From positions 216,530 through 280,529 of the forward strand of contig JBAYUK010000002.1 of assembly GCA_041675145.1 (NCBI GenBank): a stretch of DNA of 64,000 nucleotides. The letters run 5' to 3'. Both the position numbers and the translations under genes were made by a program. Of the stretch, positions 1-11,690 are shown piece by piece. How positions within the stretch are numbered: the first letter of the stretch is position 1; every line of letters starts with the position of its first letter. Below the pieces are notes generated by a model, which was not told where the DNA came from, did not search any database, and saw nothing but the letters and a program-made list of their open reading frames with translations. This DNA is from Patescibacteria group bacterium. Its GTDB lineage: Bacteria; Patescibacteriota; JACPGU01.

Positions 1-2325
1 GCCATGCATGAGTTAGGTATGGGTCCATCGAGTAAATACAAGAAGTCTGCTCGTCTCGTGGGAGATGTTTTGGGTAAGTACCACCCTCACGGCGATACCG
101 CAGTGTACGACTCTATGGTACGTATGGCTCAGCCTTTTTCTTTACGCTATCCACTCGTGGATGGGCAAGGTAACTACGGTTCTGTAGACGGAGATAGTGC
201 AGCTGCTATGCGTTATACAGAGGCGCGTATGAGTAAGATCGCCCCAGAGCTCTTAGTTGATTTAGATAAAGAAACCGTAGATTTTCGTCCTAACTATGAC
301 GGGTCTGAACAAGAGCCATCAGTTCTTCCAGCTCGACTCCCAAATCTTTTGTTAAACGGTACCGAAGGTATTGCAGTTGGTATGGCTACGAAGATTCCTC
401 CTCATAACCTCGGAGAGCTAGTTGATGCCATTGTGGCCGTAATTGATAATCCAGAGGTTCCAGTTGAGGATTTAACTCAGTTTGTTCCTGGTCCAGATTT
501 TCCAACAGGTGCTTCAATCTATAACAGTGAGGAACTAAAGCTTGCATATACTGCTGGACGCGGAAAAGTAGTAATGCGCGCTGAAGCAAAGATTGAAGAA
601 GGAAAAAAAGGGAGTGATTTCCAGATTATTGTGACTGAACTCCCATACCAAGTAAACAAGGCTAATCTTGTTGAAAAGATTGCTGATCTTGTAAAAGAAA
701 AAAAGATTATTGGTATCTCAGATCTACGTGACGAATCAGATCGTGATGGAATTCGTATTGTCGTTGAACTAAAAAGAGATGCGTACCCGCAAAAGGTTTT
801 AAACTCTTTGTTTAAAATGACACAGATGCAGGAGACATTCCACATTAACATGTTAGCGTTAGTTGATGGAATACAGCCTCGAGTTTTAAACCTTAAGGAA
901 GTTATTGAATATTATATTCTACACAGAAAAGACATTGTTGTGCGTCGTACTGAATTTGATCTAAAGAAGGCTCGTGAGAGATTACATATTTTAGAGGGCT
1001 TAAAGATTGCACTCGACAATCTCGATGCAGTTATTAAGACTATTCGTGAATCAAAGACCAAAGAAGAAGCAAAGGAGAACTTAGTTAAGAAATTCAAGCT
1101 AACCGAGATACAAGCTCAGGCTATTTTGGATATGCGCCTCGCTGCTCTTGCTGCCCTTGAACGCAAGAGAATTGAAGATGAATACAAAGAGAAGCTTACT
1201 ATTGTAAAAGATCTTGAAGATATTCTTGCTAAACCAAAACGAGTCTTGTCTATTATTAAAGACGAAACAACTGAACTAAAAGAAAAGTTTGGCGACAAGC
1301 GTCGTACTCGAATTCATAAAAAACAAATTGGTCAGTTTAAAGAAGAAGACTTGATACCAAATGAAGAGGTGATTATTACTCTTTCTGAAAACAACTACAT
1401 CAAGCGTATGCCTGTAAATGTGTATAGGACACAGGGTCGTGGTGGTAAGGGCGTGATCGGAGCAACAGTTAAGGAAGAAGATGCTATTGCGCATGTTATT
1501 TCTGCGATGAATCACGACTACATATTATTCTTTACGGATAAGGGTCGTGTGTTTCAGGCTCGAGTCTTTGAAATTGTTGCGGGAAGTAGGATCAGTAAGG
1601 GTCAGGCAATTGTTAATCTCATACAACTTTCTTCTGATGAAAAAGTTACCGGAATAATTACCCTAAAGGACTTCCAGAGTAAAGGATACTTCTTTATGAT
1701 TACTCGTAACGGTACTGTTAAGAAGACTGCCGTAAAAGACTATCATAACGTTCGTAAGTCTGGCCTTATCGCAATTAAGCTTGATGCTGGTGATAAGCTT
1801 GATCGCATCAAGAGTACTTCAGGAAAAGATGAAATACTAATTGTGAGTTCGGAAGGTCAGTGTATTCGTTTCCCAGAAGCAGATGTTCGCCCAATGGGAC
1901 GTGCTACTCGTGGAGTTCGTGGAATTAAACTTCGCCCGAAGGACTTCGTTGTAGGAGCAGATGTTATATCTGAAGACGATAAAGGCAAGAAGCTTTTAGT
2001 GATTATGGAAAAAGGTCTTGGTAAAAAGACTAAAGTCACCGAATATAGCGCTCAGACTAGAGGCGGTATCGGAGTAAAGACTGCAAACATTACAGACAAG
2101 ACAGGAAAGATCGTAGGTACTACACTTGTGGGTGATGACGCCCTAGACCTACTCTGTATATCTAAAGAAGGACAAGTTATTCGTGTTCCTCTCAAGGCAG
2201 TACCAAGTCTTGGACGCACGACTCAAGGAGTACGTATTATGAAGATGAAGGAGAGAGATCGTGTTGCTTCTATGAGTGTTCTCGGAGCAGACGAGGGAGA
2301 AGAGGAAATAGATACGAAAGGATAA
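1..2325 (+). CDS. gyrA: DNA gyrase subunit A (5' end outside window)
   Basis: [19 protein letters not shown], catalytic AAAMRYTE, GyrA-box QGRGGKG and C-terminal beta-pinwheel repeats. The frame is open from position 1. Confidence 0.98.
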   Translation, partial: AMHELGMGPSSKYKKSARLVGDVLGKYHPHGDTAVYDSMVRMAQPFSLRYPLVDGQGNYGSVDGDSAAAMRYTEARMSKIAPELLVDLDKETVDFRPNYDGSEQEPSVLPARLPNLLLNGTEGIAVGMATKIPPHNLGELVDAIVAVIDNPEVPVEDLTQFVPGPDFPTGASIYNSEELKLAYTAGRGKVVMRAEAKIEEGKKGSDFQIIVTELPYQVNKANLVEKIADLVKEKKIIGISDLRDESDRDGIRIVVELKRDAYPQKVLNSLFKMTQMQETFHINMLALVDGIQPRVLNLKEVIEYYILHRKDIVVRRTEFDLKKARERLHILEGLKIALDNLDAVIKTIRESKTKEEAKENLVKKFKLTEIQAQAILDMRLAALAALERKRIEDEYKEKLTIVKDLEDILAKPKRVLSIIKDETTELKEKFGDKRRTRIHKKQIGQFKEEDLIPNEEVIITLSENNYIKRMPVNVYRTQGRGGKGVIGATVKEEDAIAHVISAMNHDYILFFTDKGRVFQARVFEIVAGSRISKGQAIVNLIQLSSDEKVTGIITLKDFQSKGYFFMITRNGTVKKTAVKDYHNVRKSGLIAIKLDAGDKLDRIKSTSGKDEILIVSSEGQCIRFPEADVRPMGRATRGVRGIKLRPKDFVVGADVISEDDKGKKLLVIMEKGLGKKTKVTEYSAQTRGGIGVKTANITDKTGKIVGTTLVGDDALDLLCISKEGQVIRVPLKAVPSLGRTTQGVRIMKMKERDRVASMSVLGADEGEEEIDTKG

Positions 2326-2340
2326 TGTGGGGAACAATTA

Positions 2341-4332
2341 ATGAAGGTTTCAGATATTGCAAAAAAATTAAATCTATCGATTAAAGAAATCCGAGATAAG
2401 GCAACTGATCTCGGATTTGCTATATCTCAGAAATCGAACACGATGAGTGATAAGAAGGCTAAGGAGTTTATTGATCGTGTTATGGCTGAAAAGGGAATCT
2501 CTCCACAAAAAAAATCAGAAGATATCGGAGTAGCCGAGGAGGTTGTGAGTAACATTATCCAAATTCCTGAGATATTAACCGTAAAAGAACTCAGCGAAAA
2601 AATGAACCTACCGGTTACGAAAGTAATTACTGAGCTCATGAAGAACGGAGTAATGGCTAGTCTAAATGAGAGCATAGATTTCGAGACAGCTGCTATTATC
2701 GGGGAAATTTTAGGCTTTGACATCCGTCACTTAGAAAAAGAAACTTTAATAAAGAGAGTAAATAAGTTTGAAGGCGAGAAACAGCTACGACCACCAGTTA
2801 TAACTATTATTGGTCACGTAGATCATGGAAAAACGAGTCTTATAGACCACATCAGACGAACCAATGTTGTAGCGTCAGAAAGCGGGGGAATTACACAGCA
2901 TATTGGTGCTTACCAGGTAGAAAAAGGAAAGCGAAAAATAACCATACTTGATACGCCAGGGCATGAAGCGTTTTCTGCTATGCGTGAGCATGGAGTGCGC
3001 ATCACCGATGTAGCGGTATTAGTAGTCGCAGCAGATGATGGAGTTAAGCCTCAGACTATTGAGTCCATTAACTTCGCCAGAGAAGCGGGGGTGCCTTTAC
3101 TTGTTGCAATTAACAAGATAGATAAACCAGGAGCAAACATTGAAAAAACAAAAGGAGAGTTAGCTGAACTAGGACTTATTTCAGAAGACTGGGGAGGAAG
3201 TACTGTTATGGCACACATCTCCGCTAAAACTGGGCAGGGAATTGATGAGTTAATAGATCTTGTATTGCTTGTAGCTGACATGAAGAAGATTGAAAGCTAT
3301 CTTGATGTCCCAGCTAACGGTTTTGTGATAGAGTCACATCTTTCAACCAATCAAGGTCCACTAACTACAGTTCTTGTACGTGATGGTATTCTTCATGTAG
3401 GTGATTCATTTACTGTGGGTAGTACTGTTTACGGTAAGATTCGTTCTATGGTAGATTTTCGTGGTAAGAAGGTAAAGGAAGCACGACCGTCTGACCCTGT
3501 GCAGGTTTCTGGCCTCTCAATGCTTCCTCAATACGGAGATATTCTAGAAGTCACTCCAGATCTCAATGCAGCCAAAGAGAAGGTGATGAAGGCTGCTCAC
3601 GATAGGTCAGTAAAGAGAATAAACTCGGTATCGGGACTAGCTCAAGCATCTGCACGAATCCAGAGTGGTGAGATGAAAGAACTTAAACTTATTATAAAAG
3701 TTGACGTCGCGGGTTCACTGCAAGCAATTCGTGACTCTCTTGGTAAGTTACAATTTGAAGAGGTGAGAATAAAGATAGTTAACGATGGGGTAGGAGAAAT
3801 TAACGAATCTGATATTAAGCTTGCATCTGCATCTGGGGCATACCTGGTAGGATTTAGAGTAGATGTTGGGGTTAATGCAAAGAATCTTTTAGAGTCAAAC
3901 GCTATTACAGTTGAAACTTTTACTATTATCTACGAACTTATAGACGCGGTTATTCTTGCTGCTACGGGTGCAATGGAAGCAGAAGTCGAAGAGGTTCAGA
4001 TTGGTAGAGGAAAAGTTTTAAAGATATTTAAAGACAGTAAGCGAGATAAGATTATTGGTATTCGAGTTGAAGACGGATTCTTTGAAAGAGAAAAGAAAAT
4101 TATATTTACACGAAATGGGGAAGTAGTGGCCGAAGGAAAGATCATTACGATGAAAAAAGGTGATGATGATATAGCTACCGCTAAGAAGTCTACAGAGACT
4201 GGTGTGCGTGTAATGTTTAAAAATCAAGGAGTTGAGACTGATAGTAGTGAGAGTAGGATCGTTATAAAAGAAGACGACCAGGTTGTGGTATATAAATCAG
4301 AAAAGAAAAAGAAGGAGTTAACTCGTCTATGA
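2341..4332 (+). CDS. infB: Translation initiation factor IF-2 (short, 663 aa)
   Basis: [40 protein letters not shown] motifs. Confidence 0.97.
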   Translation: MKVSDIAKKLNLSIKEIRDKATDLGFAISQKSNTMSDKKAKEFIDRVMAEKGISPQKKSEDIGVAEEVVSNIIQIPEILTVKELSEKMNLPVTKVITELMKNGVMASLNESIDFETAAIIGEILGFDIRHLEKETLIKRVNKFEGEKQLRPPVITIIGHVDHGKTSLIDHIRRTNVVASESGGITQHIGAYQVEKGKRKITILDTPGHEAFSAMREHGVRITDVAVLVVAADDGVKPQTIESINFAREAGVPLLVAINKIDKPGANIEKTKGELAELGLISEDWGGSTVMAHISAKTGQGIDELIDLVLLVADMKKIESYLDVPANGFVIESHLSTNQGPLTTVLVRDGILHVGDSFTVGSTVYGKIRSMVDFRGKKVKEARPSDPVQVSGLSMLPQYGDILEVTPDLNAAKEKVMKAAHDRSVKRINSVSGLAQASARIQSGEMKELKLIIKVDVAGSLQAIRDSLGKLQFEEVRIKIVNDGVGEINESDIKLASASGAYLVGFRVDVGVNAKNLLESNAITVETFTIIYELIDAVILAATGAMEAEVEEVQIGRGKVLKIFKDSKRDKIIGIRVEDGFFEREKKIIFTRNGEVVAEGKIITMKKGDDDIATAKKSTETGVRVMFKNQGVETDSSESRIVIKEDDQVVVYKSEKKKKELTRL

Positions 4333-5624
4333 AAAAAGTAGGATTAATTGGACTAACAAATGTAGGCAAATCAACGCTTTTCAATAGGCTTGTTGGTGAA
4401 AAACGAGCGGTTGTTTCTGATATCGCGGGTACTACCCGTGATTTTTTAACAGGAATAGTTAAGCTCAAAAAGAGTAAGCAAATAGAGCTATTAGACTTTG
4501 CTGGTTTTGACTTTACAGCATCAGGTCTCATTGAAAAGAAAGCACAGTTAGTAGTTCGTGACTGGATAAAGAAATGCGACATTATTATTTTTATAGTAGA
4601 CGGCAGAAAGCCTCTTAGCCCCGATGATCTTCTTTTGCGTAGTCTTGTTATGAAAATTAAGAAGCCTACTATAACAGTGGTGAATAAAGTTGAAGACGAT
4701 AAAGTTGAGATGGATAGTGGGGACTTTTATAAGCTAGGAGGGCAGCTCTTGTTTATTTCGGCTCTTAATAATAGAGGTGTTCAGAAGTTGCTAGAGAGAA
4801 TTGATGAATTAGCTTTTGAGGAAGATGGAGTAAAGATGGATCAAGAGATATTGGCTAAGATAGTATTTTTAGGTAGACCGAATGCGGGTAAGTCCTCAAT
4901 ATTTAACGCTCTTTGTGGGTATGAGAGGAGTATCGTTTCGGATATACCTGGTACCACTCGAGACCAGATTGATACTATTATAAATATGAATGGCTCCTCG
5001 TTTTTGGTTATAGATACTGCTGGTCTTAGAAGAAGAGCAAAGACTCATGAAGAGCTGGATGTTCTATCTACTAAGAAATCTTTATCAGCCATAAAAGATG
5101 CTGATATTGTAATTGTAGTGCTAGATGCAGGAGTTGGACTTGTTGCTCAAGACATCACTCTTATTGACCAGGCATTTAGTAATGGTAAGAGGGTAATCGT
5201 AGTAGTAAACAAGTGGGACCTTGTGAGTCGTGAGTATACCCAGACTCAGTATGCGAGTATGCTAAGAATAGATAACGCGTTGTTTAAAAAAGTTCCAATA
5301 TTTTTTACTTCAGTACCAAGGAGTAAAGGTATCGCAGATCTGGCTGAGTTCATCCGAGAGAACTATATCTCTTCAATGACCATACCGACTGCAAGGCTAA
5401 ATAGGGTTATAGAAAAGGTCAATGCGACATTACCAAGTACTCGTGGAAAGATCTACTATGCAACGCAAACCAGCAAGAGCCCTTTAGAGTTTGTTCTCTT
5501 TGTAAATAAAAAAGATCACTTTAATAGAAGTGGTCTTATGGCTATAGAAAATTCAATTAGGGAGACCTTTAATTTAATTGGTCTTATGATACGACTCATT
5601 ATTCGGGAGAAAGAAAAGAGATAG
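4329..5624 (+). CDS. der: Ribosome biogenesis GTPase Der (EngA)
   Basis: Two tandem G domains (GLTNVGKS/GTTRD and GRPNAGKS/GTTRD/DTAG/NKWD) plus KH-like C-terminus. ATGA overlap with infB. Confidence 0.93.
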   Translation: MKKVGLIGLTNVGKSTLFNRLVGEKRAVVSDIAGTTRDFLTGIVKLKKSKQIELLDFAGFDFTASGLIEKKAQLVVRDWIKKCDIIIFIVDGRKPLSPDDLLLRSLVMKIKKPTITVVNKVEDDKVEMDSGDFYKLGGQLLFISALNNRGVQKLLERIDELAFEEDGVKMDQEILAKIVFLGRPNAGKSSIFNALCGYERSIVSDIPGTTRDQIDTIINMNGSSFLVIDTAGLRRRAKTHEELDVLSTKKSLSAIKDADIVIVVLDAGVGLVAQDITLIDQAFSNGKRVIVVVNKWDLVSREYTQTQYASMLRIDNALFKKVPIFFTSVPRSKGIADLAEFIRENYISSMTIPTARLNRVIEKVNATLPSTRGKIYYATQTSKSPLEFVLFVNKKDHFNRSGLMAIENSIRETFNLIGLMIRLIIREKEKR

Positions 5625-5626
5625 TC

Positions 5627-6310
5627 TTAGTCAAAGTTTGGGTATGTAGGTTTACTTATCTGACCTATCTTAGTGATCTTAGGAATACTAATAGAGAGGC
5701 GGCCGATTTTGATTTGTTTCCATGGCGCAATTTTAATATATAGCCAGACTCGTCCGATAATATTTTTCTTGGAGACTGCACCGAAAACACGAGAGTCTGA
5801 GCTTTGAGTTCTATTGTCTCCCATGACATAATAGTTTCCGTCTTCAATTATGCCACTATCTGGTCCAATAGTGTTTTCAACAACCTGGTCTTGAAGATAT
5901 GGTTCCGGTAGTTTAACTGCCTTACTGTCTGATCCTTTTGATATAGTAACACCCTGGTTGAATTGAACTTTCTCTCCCGGTAGGGCTATTACTCGTTTGA
6001 TGTAGTTTTGATAGGTGTTAATTTGTGGCTTAAACACGATTACCTCACCTCTTTTAGGCTCAGTAAATTTATAACTTAGTTCATCAATTAATAGGTACTC
6101 TCCATTGTTAAAGTTTGGGTCCATAGATTGTCCTTCTACGTAAAAGGGTTGTACTAGGTAGAATCTGATAATAAAGGCTAGCCCAACTACAATGAACAGT
6201 GTTTTACCTACATCCCAAACAAAAGCAACTACCTCAAATAGCCAACCTAGAAAGGCAAAGCGATTTACGGGGTTTTCGGCTGGTATTTTTGGAATATCAT
6301 TTTCAAGCAT
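5627..6310 (-). CDS. lepB: Signal peptidase I
   Basis: N-terminal TM helix, GQSMDP (Ser), YIKRVIALPGE (Lys), MGDNRTQSSDSR. Confidence 0.95.
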   Translation of the reverse strand: MLENDIPKIPAENPVNRFAFLGWLFEVVAFVWDVGKTLFIVVGLAFIIRFYLVQPFYVEGQSMDPNFNNGEYLLIDELSYKFTEPKRGEVIVFKPQINTYQNYIKRVIALPGEKVQFNQGVTISKGSDSKAVKLPEPYLQDQVVENTIGPDSGIIEDGNYYVMGDNRTQSSDSRVFGAVSKKNIIGRVWLYIKIAPWKQIKIGRLSISIPKITKIGQISKPTYPNFD

Positions 6311-6409
6311 AAAGGTATACTAACAGAATACAAGGGTAAATAAAATATTTTTATTATGCTTATTGATATAGTATAATAGACAGACGGATTATCATATAAA
6401 GAGGGATAT

Positions 6410-7735
6410 ATGCAGCCTGAAATAGAAATCGTTACAATCAAAAAGAGCCCATTTAAGAAAACAGCCTTAGTTGGCGGATTTATTTTGTTGCTTATAATTC
6501 TAGGCTTCTTCTCGTATAGAGCCTACTCGTTGGCACATAAAGTAATTGCCTCTCGCTCAAATTCTGCCTCTCCGCTACTCAGTGAGGACATAGATTTAAC
6601 ACACGACTTAGAAAGACTCTCAGAGGGGGATAGAAGAGTGAATATACTCCTTCTAGGGATGGGGGGTGGCAATCATCCTGGTGGAGAATTAACTGATACG
6701 ATTATGGTTGCTAGTATTGATGTTAAGAATAAATCGGTTGCCATGATTTCGGTTCCACGAGATCTATATATCCCTGTTAAGTCTTTTGACCATGCAAAAA
6801 TAAACTCAGTATACTCTCTTGGCAAGGAGTCTTTTGAAAGTGAAGATAGGGCAATTGCGCTAGTAAAGGAGACCGTCAGTGACTTCTTGGGAGTACCAAT
6901 CCACTACTACGTTAGGGTTGACTTTGCAGGGTTTGAGAAAATTATCGACCTACTGGGTGGTGTAACTGTTGATGTAAAGAAAGATCTCTATGACGGAGAG
7001 TTTCCTGATAAAGATATGGAAGGGTATGATGCGTATTTCATTAGTAAAGGGATACATACTCTAAACGGAGAAGATGCTCTGAAGTATGCTCGTTCAAGAC
7101 ACTCAACAAGTGACTTTGACCGTGCACGCAGACAACAGGACATTATAGTGGCTTCTCGTGAAGCTGCCTTAAAGAAAGAAAATCTTCTTGATATCAAAAA
7201 GATGAATGAGATCCTTACCGTTTTGGCTGAACATATTAGGACTGACTTGCAGGTTGGTGAAATACAGGCGTTAGCAAAGATCGCCAAAACAATACCAAAC
7301 CAGAACTTTTCAAGTAAGGTAATTGATGACGGTAACGAAGGGCTCTTGTATGCTGATCGCTATGAAGAAATGTATGTTTTAGTTCCATATGATGATAAGT
7401 TCACGTCAGTTCATCAGTTTGTAAAGCAATACTTCAAAGACCCGTTCTTGTCGATGGAAGAGTCTCGGATAGCAGTAAGGAATGGTTCTGGGGTGGTGGG
7501 TGTCGGACAAAAACTTGCTGACGAACTAAAAGAGGGTGGTTTCAATATTGTCGATGTTTCTAACTCTGAAAAAAAGTATACGCAAACCTTTATGTATGAC
7601 TACTCTAACAACTTAAAAAAATATACGATACAATTTCTTCAGAATAGGCTAAAGCAGGCTCCAGTGGTTCAATTAGATAAGGAAGATAAGGGGTATGATA
7701 TAGAAATAATTATAGGTCAAGATTATGGAAAATAG
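6410..7735 (+). CDS. LCP (LytR-CpsA-Psr) family protein with C-terminal LytR_C domain
   Basis: NILLLG..TDTIMV, SVPRD, KINS, ALKYARSRH, SDFDRARRQQ, C-terminal VRNGSGVVG...IIIGQD. Confidence 0.92.
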   Translation: MQPEIEIVTIKKSPFKKTALVGGFILLLIILGFFSYRAYSLAHKVIASRSNSASPLLSEDIDLTHDLERLSEGDRRVNILLLGMGGGNHPGGELTDTIMVASIDVKNKSVAMISVPRDLYIPVKSFDHAKINSVYSLGKESFESEDRAIALVKETVSDFLGVPIHYYVRVDFAGFEKIIDLLGGVTVDVKKDLYDGEFPDKDMEGYDAYFISKGIHTLNGEDALKYARSRHSTSDFDRARRQQDIIVASREAALKKENLLDIKKMNEILTVLAEHIRTDLQVGEIQALAKIAKTIPNQNFSSKVIDDGNEGLLYADRYEEMYVLVPYDDKFTSVHQFVKQYFKDPFLSMEESRIAVRNGSGVVGVGQKLADELKEGGFNIVDVSNSEKKYTQTFMYDYSNNLKKYTIQFLQNRLKQAPVVQLDKEDKGYDIEIIIGQDYGK

Positions 7736-8456
7736 TCTTAAGAATATCCTACTTAACCAAAAGCCCTTTCTGCTATTAGCTGGTGTTGTGTTATTGTTGC
7801 TTGCGATACAGATGATCTTCCTATCCTTAATGGGGTTAGTAATCACTATAGCTTACTTTATGGTGCCGATATCACTTGTGCTTATATCTCTTTTTACTCT
7901 CCGTTTTTTTCTAAGACAGCTGGCAGAAGATAAGAGAAGGACTTTAACTATGTCGGTGTATGATATTGTGGCTGGTTTATTCTCGGTGAGTTTATTTGTC
8001 CTACTACCCGTATCAATACTTATTAAATACTTTGCCGTAGCTCTATTTGTAGTCTTTTGTGCAGTAAGGGCTATGTATGTTTCGAGACAAGACAATGCGC
8101 ATATCCAGACCTCAAGAGTAAGTGTAGGGTATAGTGTTGCAATGTACCTCGGTATGGTTGGAATATTTAGTATTTATGAGATATCGCATGAGAATATTCT
8201 CTTTATCTTGCTGTATGTATTTGTTTATATATCCACTTACTTTGCAGTTATCTTGTACTTGAAAAGAGGCATACATAGCTTTTTCCCAATGTCATTACTT
8301 ACAGGGGTTATTGCAGTAGAGCTGTTCTCGTCACTAGTATTTGCGGTAACCATTCCTCTGGTATTTAAAGTTCTATTATTCGTTTTGATGTTATATGTTT
8401 TAGAGAAATACCTTATAGATGGCATTATTCCACAAACAAGTAACATTGATACATAA
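7725..8456 (+). CDS. Polytopic membrane protein, unknown function
   Basis: About 8 hydrophobic segments. Overlaps the LCP stop, so operon-like. Confidence 0.75.
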   Translation: MENSLKNILLNQKPFLLLAGVVLLLLAIQMIFLSLMGLVITIAYFMVPISLVLISLFTLRFFLRQLAEDKRRTLTMSVYDIVAGLFSVSLFVLLPVSILIKYFAVALFVVFCAVRAMYVSRQDNAHIQTSRVSVGYSVAMYLGMVGIFSIYEISHENILFILLYVFVYISTYFAVILYLKRGIHSFFPMSLLTGVIAVELFSSLVFAVTIPLVFKVLLFVLMLYVLEKYLIDGIIPQTSNIDT

Positions 8457-8461
8457 ACTAT

Positions 8462-9406
8462 ATGTCTAGACGCGAGATTGTTACATTCTTTAGAAGAAAA
8501 GGTAAAAGGAGATTCCTTGTGCCTATTTTCTTATGCGTGATACTAATTTTATTCGTACATGTAGCTATACTATATAGGTACCAGTCTTCAACGAATTCGT
8601 ATATCAGCTACTTACGAGGAATTGCTCCATTGCCGTTAATTGTAGTTGGTAATCACTTCGTTACTATGAGTGACTATACGAAGGAGTTGGCTCTGTATAG
8701 GAGGATATATTCTAGTGTATATAGAGTTAACTTCTCTTCAGAAGGTAAGGGGTATAACGATATACAGGAATTAAAAGATTTTGTTCAACAGACGATGATA
8801 AACAGAATAGTACTGCAAAAGACTGCCGATAGTTTTTCTTTATCCGTTTCTACTCAAGATATAGATTCTGCTATTGAAGAGCTGCAGAAGAATGTTGGAA
8901 GTCGTGAAGAAACTTTTGGAATATTAAAGTTTGCCTCTGGGCTCTCCGAGAGTGATCTTCGTAAATTGATGTACTACGATCTTTTAGAAAAGAAGGTTAA
9001 GGAAAGAGTACTGTACCAGGTCCGTCTTGATGGGGTAGTGATAGATAAGACGGTGTCTTACGACTCTAGGGGAAAAAAAGCGAGTGCAGCTGAGGTAGCT
9101 CAAGATACAAGAGATGACATAGCTGCAAAGAAAATTTCTTTTTCTGACGCCAGGTCAGTGTATAAGTCACAAAGTAAAGACCTAGATCTTCTTGAATCAT
9201 GGTATGTTTTTGGTGATATACCTTCAATATTTAGAACCTCTCTTGATGATATTAAGAAAGGGGAGGTGGGCGGAGTAGTTGAGACTGAAGGTAGTTACTT
9301 TATACTACAGATTACAGAAGAAAGAGGTTATTTTAGGGGGACCTATTTTGACCTCTTGAAAAACCAACGAGATAGCATCTCCGTGCGTAGTTTTTTAACG
9401 ATATAA
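8462..9406 (+). CDS. SurA N-terminal/PrsA-like foldase (membrane-anchored)
   Basis: TM anchor, 'VVGNHFVTMSDY', 'QTMINRIVLQKTA...SVSTQDID', degenerate parvulin-like tail 'GEVGGVVETEGSYFILQITE'. Confidence 0.7.
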   Translation: MSRREIVTFFRRKGKRRFLVPIFLCVILILFVHVAILYRYQSSTNSYISYLRGIAPLPLIVVGNHFVTMSDYTKELALYRRIYSSVYRVNFSSEGKGYNDIQELKDFVQQTMINRIVLQKTADSFSLSVSTQDIDSAIEELQKNVGSREETFGILKFASGLSESDLRKLMYYDLLEKKVKERVLYQVRLDGVVIDKTVSYDSRGKKASAAEVAQDTRDDIAAKKISFSDARSVYKSQSKDLDLLESWYVFGDIPSIFRTSLDDIKKGEVGGVVETEGSYFILQITEERGYFRGTYFDLLKNQRDSISVRSFLTI

Positions 9407-9414
9407 CACAGAAC

Positions 9415-9443
9415 TTGAAAAACAAGGCGTTAATTGGTATAAT
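9415..9443 (+). promoter_or_regulatory. Sigma70-type promoter for tRNA-Asp
   Basis: TTGAAA-17nt-TATAAT with extended TGn. Confidence 0.75.
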
Positions 9444-9464
9444 TAACCGTAAACCTATATATAT

Positions 9465-9538
9465 GCTCCCGTAGTGAAGAGGCCTATCACGTCTCCCTGT
9501 CACGGAGAAGATCGCCAGTTCGAATCTGGTCGGGAGCG
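9465..9538 (+). tRNA. tRNA-Asp(GTC)
   Basis: Acceptor stem GCTCCCG/CGGGAGC, anticodon loop CT-GTC-AC, T-loop TTCGAAT. Confidence 0.96.
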
Positions 9539-9561
9539 CTTTTACCTAGGCTCAACTTGAA

Positions 9562-9972
9562 ATGATTACTGAAGATCTCAGACGGTTTGTGTACGGAGTT
9601 CAAAAAGGGTTGAAGATCAACCCTTTTTATAAATACCTAAAAGATAATATTCTTTTTAAAAATAGAGCTCTTTGGCTCTTATTATTTGTTTGTCTTTTGC
9701 TCAACTTTTTCCTTTTTTTAATCTGGAGATATTCAATTGACACCGGGGCAGGGATTAGATTTATTGAGGAGCAACCAATAGTCCAGAATGCATTTTTTTT
9801 ACCTGCTGATTTTGTACTTCCATTTGTAAGTCTCTACTTCTTAGGTATAAATATAGTACTATCTGTTGTATTGTATCGTTTGACGCAAATGAAGATCTTT
9901 ATTTACACACTATTATCTGTAAGTATTGTTGTCTCGAGTGTGCTAATTATAGCAAGTTTGTTATCTATATAA
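9562..9972 (+). CDS. Small 3-TM membrane protein
   Basis: 136-aa ORF with three hydrophobic stretches, 6 nt upstream of the GT2 gene. Confidence 0.7.
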   Translation: MITEDLRRFVYGVQKGLKINPFYKYLKDNILFKNRALWLLLFVCLLLNFFLFLIWRYSIDTGAGIRFIEEQPIVQNAFFLPADFVLPFVSLYFLGINIVLSVVLYRLTQMKIFIYTLLSVSIVVSSVLIIASLLSI

Positions 9973-9978
9973 ACTGTT

Positions 9979-11601
9979 ATGGAATCAAAAACAAGGCTTC
10001 ATAGATTACTTGAGATTGTACCCGGAGCAGTTACCTGGATGGTTTTATGTACTCCATTTATACTCGGCCTATACACACCTCGCTATCTCGCTTACTTTGT
10101 AATCTTCTTTGACCTCTATTGGCTTATTAAAGCAATGTACATGGGAGGTTTCCTTATTTCTTCACATATTCATATGGAAAGAGACAAGAGGATAAACTGG
10201 TTTGATCGTTGCCAGGCATTACTTGACCTACCACGCGCGATTGAAGAGAAGAAGGCTGAACTCGCTACAGTGGGGTTTCTTCACAAGAAAAAAATTAGAG
10301 AAGAGCTATCTGAATTAGTTGTATTGCAGGATCAGGAGCCGAATTATTTAAAGCGTTGGGATCAAATATATCACTTAGTGCTTCTCCCGCACTATAAAGA
10401 TGAGTACCAGATCATTCGTAGTGCAGTAGCGTCATGCGCTCACGGTAACTTTCCTAGCCAAAAAATGATTATTGTAATTGCACTTGAAGAAAGAGAAGAA
10501 GGTGAGGCAAAGTTTGAAAAAGTTAAGAAAATTCAGGAAGAGTTTGGCGATTACTTCTATGACATTTTTTATACATTACATGCAGATGCTCCTAATGAGA
10601 TTAAGGGTAAGAGCGCAAATATCAAGTGGGCAGGGAAGGTTATCCAAAAGTATATAGATGAAAAGGGTATTCCATATGACGACATTATGGTTTCTGCCTT
10701 TGATGGTGATACAAGAGTTAGCTCAGAGTACTTCGGTTGTCTAACTTACAAGTATCTTATTACTCCAGAGAGAACAAAAAGAACATACCAGCCTATTCCG
10801 TTATTTAACAATAATATATGGGAGGTGCCATTTTTAGTTCGACTCGTTTCTTTTGGGTCATCGTTTTGGCAGATGATAGAAAGTTGTCGTCCATATAGGC
10901 TCATTAACTTCTCTTCACAGGCGATGAGTCTAAGAACGCTAGTGGACATAGATTTTTGGGATGAGAAGATTGTTTCAGAGGACTCAAGACAGTACTACAG
11001 AGCCTTTTTCCGTTATCATGGAAATCACCAGGCTATACCGCTATTTACTCCAGTAAATATGGATGCTGTTTTAGGAAACTCACTGTGGCAGACATTTAAG
11101 TACCAATATTACCAGAAGAGACGTTGGGCGTGGGGGGTAGAGAACTTCCCGTATCTAGTTCTTGAATCTATGGCACACCCTGAGATTGTATTTTGGAAGA
11201 AGTTTATTTTAGTGTGGCGTATCTTTATTGGTAGCGTGGAGTGGTCAACAGCATCACTACTTATTGCATTCGCTGGTTGGTTACCGATTTTGCTCAACGC
11301 TGACTTCAGGGACAGTGTCCTGGCTTACAACTTACCAATCATTGCCAGAAACATACTGATGGCTACCTGGATAGGTATTTTTGCTTCTACGTATATAAGC
11401 TTGAAACTTGTGCCGCCACGACCAAAGAACTATCCTAAGGCAAAAGCAATAGAAATGATAGTACAATGGATCTTCGTTCCGATTACTGCTATTTTCTTTG
11501 GCTCAATACCTGCAATAGACGCTCAAACTCGAATGATGTTAGGAGGAAGATTCCGTCTTGGTTTTTGGGTTACCCCGAAGAAGTTCGTAAGACCAGACTA
11601 G
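9979..11601 (+). CDS. Membrane-integrated processive glycosyltransferase family 2 (cellulose-synthase-like)
   Basis: D, DxD (FDGD), SED and QKRRW (QxxRW) motifs with N- and C-terminal TM helices. Confidence 0.88.
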   Translation: MESKTRLHRLLEIVPGAVTWMVLCTPFILGLYTPRYLAYFVIFFDLYWLIKAMYMGGFLISSHIHMERDKRINWFDRCQALLDLPRAIEEKKAELATVGFLHKKKIREELSELVVLQDQEPNYLKRWDQIYHLVLLPHYKDEYQIIRSAVASCAHGNFPSQKMIIVIALEEREEGEAKFEKVKKIQEEFGDYFYDIFYTLHADAPNEIKGKSANIKWAGKVIQKYIDEKGIPYDDIMVSAFDGDTRVSSEYFGCLTYKYLITPERTKRTYQPIPLFNNNIWEVPFLVRLVSFGSSFWQMIESCRPYRLINFSSQAMSLRTLVDIDFWDEKIVSEDSRQYYRAFFRYHGNHQAIPLFTPVNMDAVLGNSLWQTFKYQYYQKRRWAWGVENFPYLVLESMAHPEIVFWKKFILVWRIFIGSVEWSTASLLIAFAGWLPILLNADFRDSVLAYNLPIIARNILMATWIGIFASTYISLKLVPPRPKNYPKAKAIEMIVQWIFVPITAIFFGSIPAIDAQTRMMLGGRFRLGFWVTPKKFVRPD

Positions 11602-11613
11602 CTGGGGATGTGC

Positions 11614-11641
11614 TTGAAAAAAAGGATGATTGTGGTACAAT
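11614..11641 (+). promoter_or_regulatory. Promoter of tRNA cluster
   Basis: TTGAAA-16nt-TACAAT with extended TGn. Confidence 0.6.
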
Positions 11642-11690
11642 AGGACGGCACCCTATATGGATGCTCTTTTATAAATATCTGTAATAGTGT

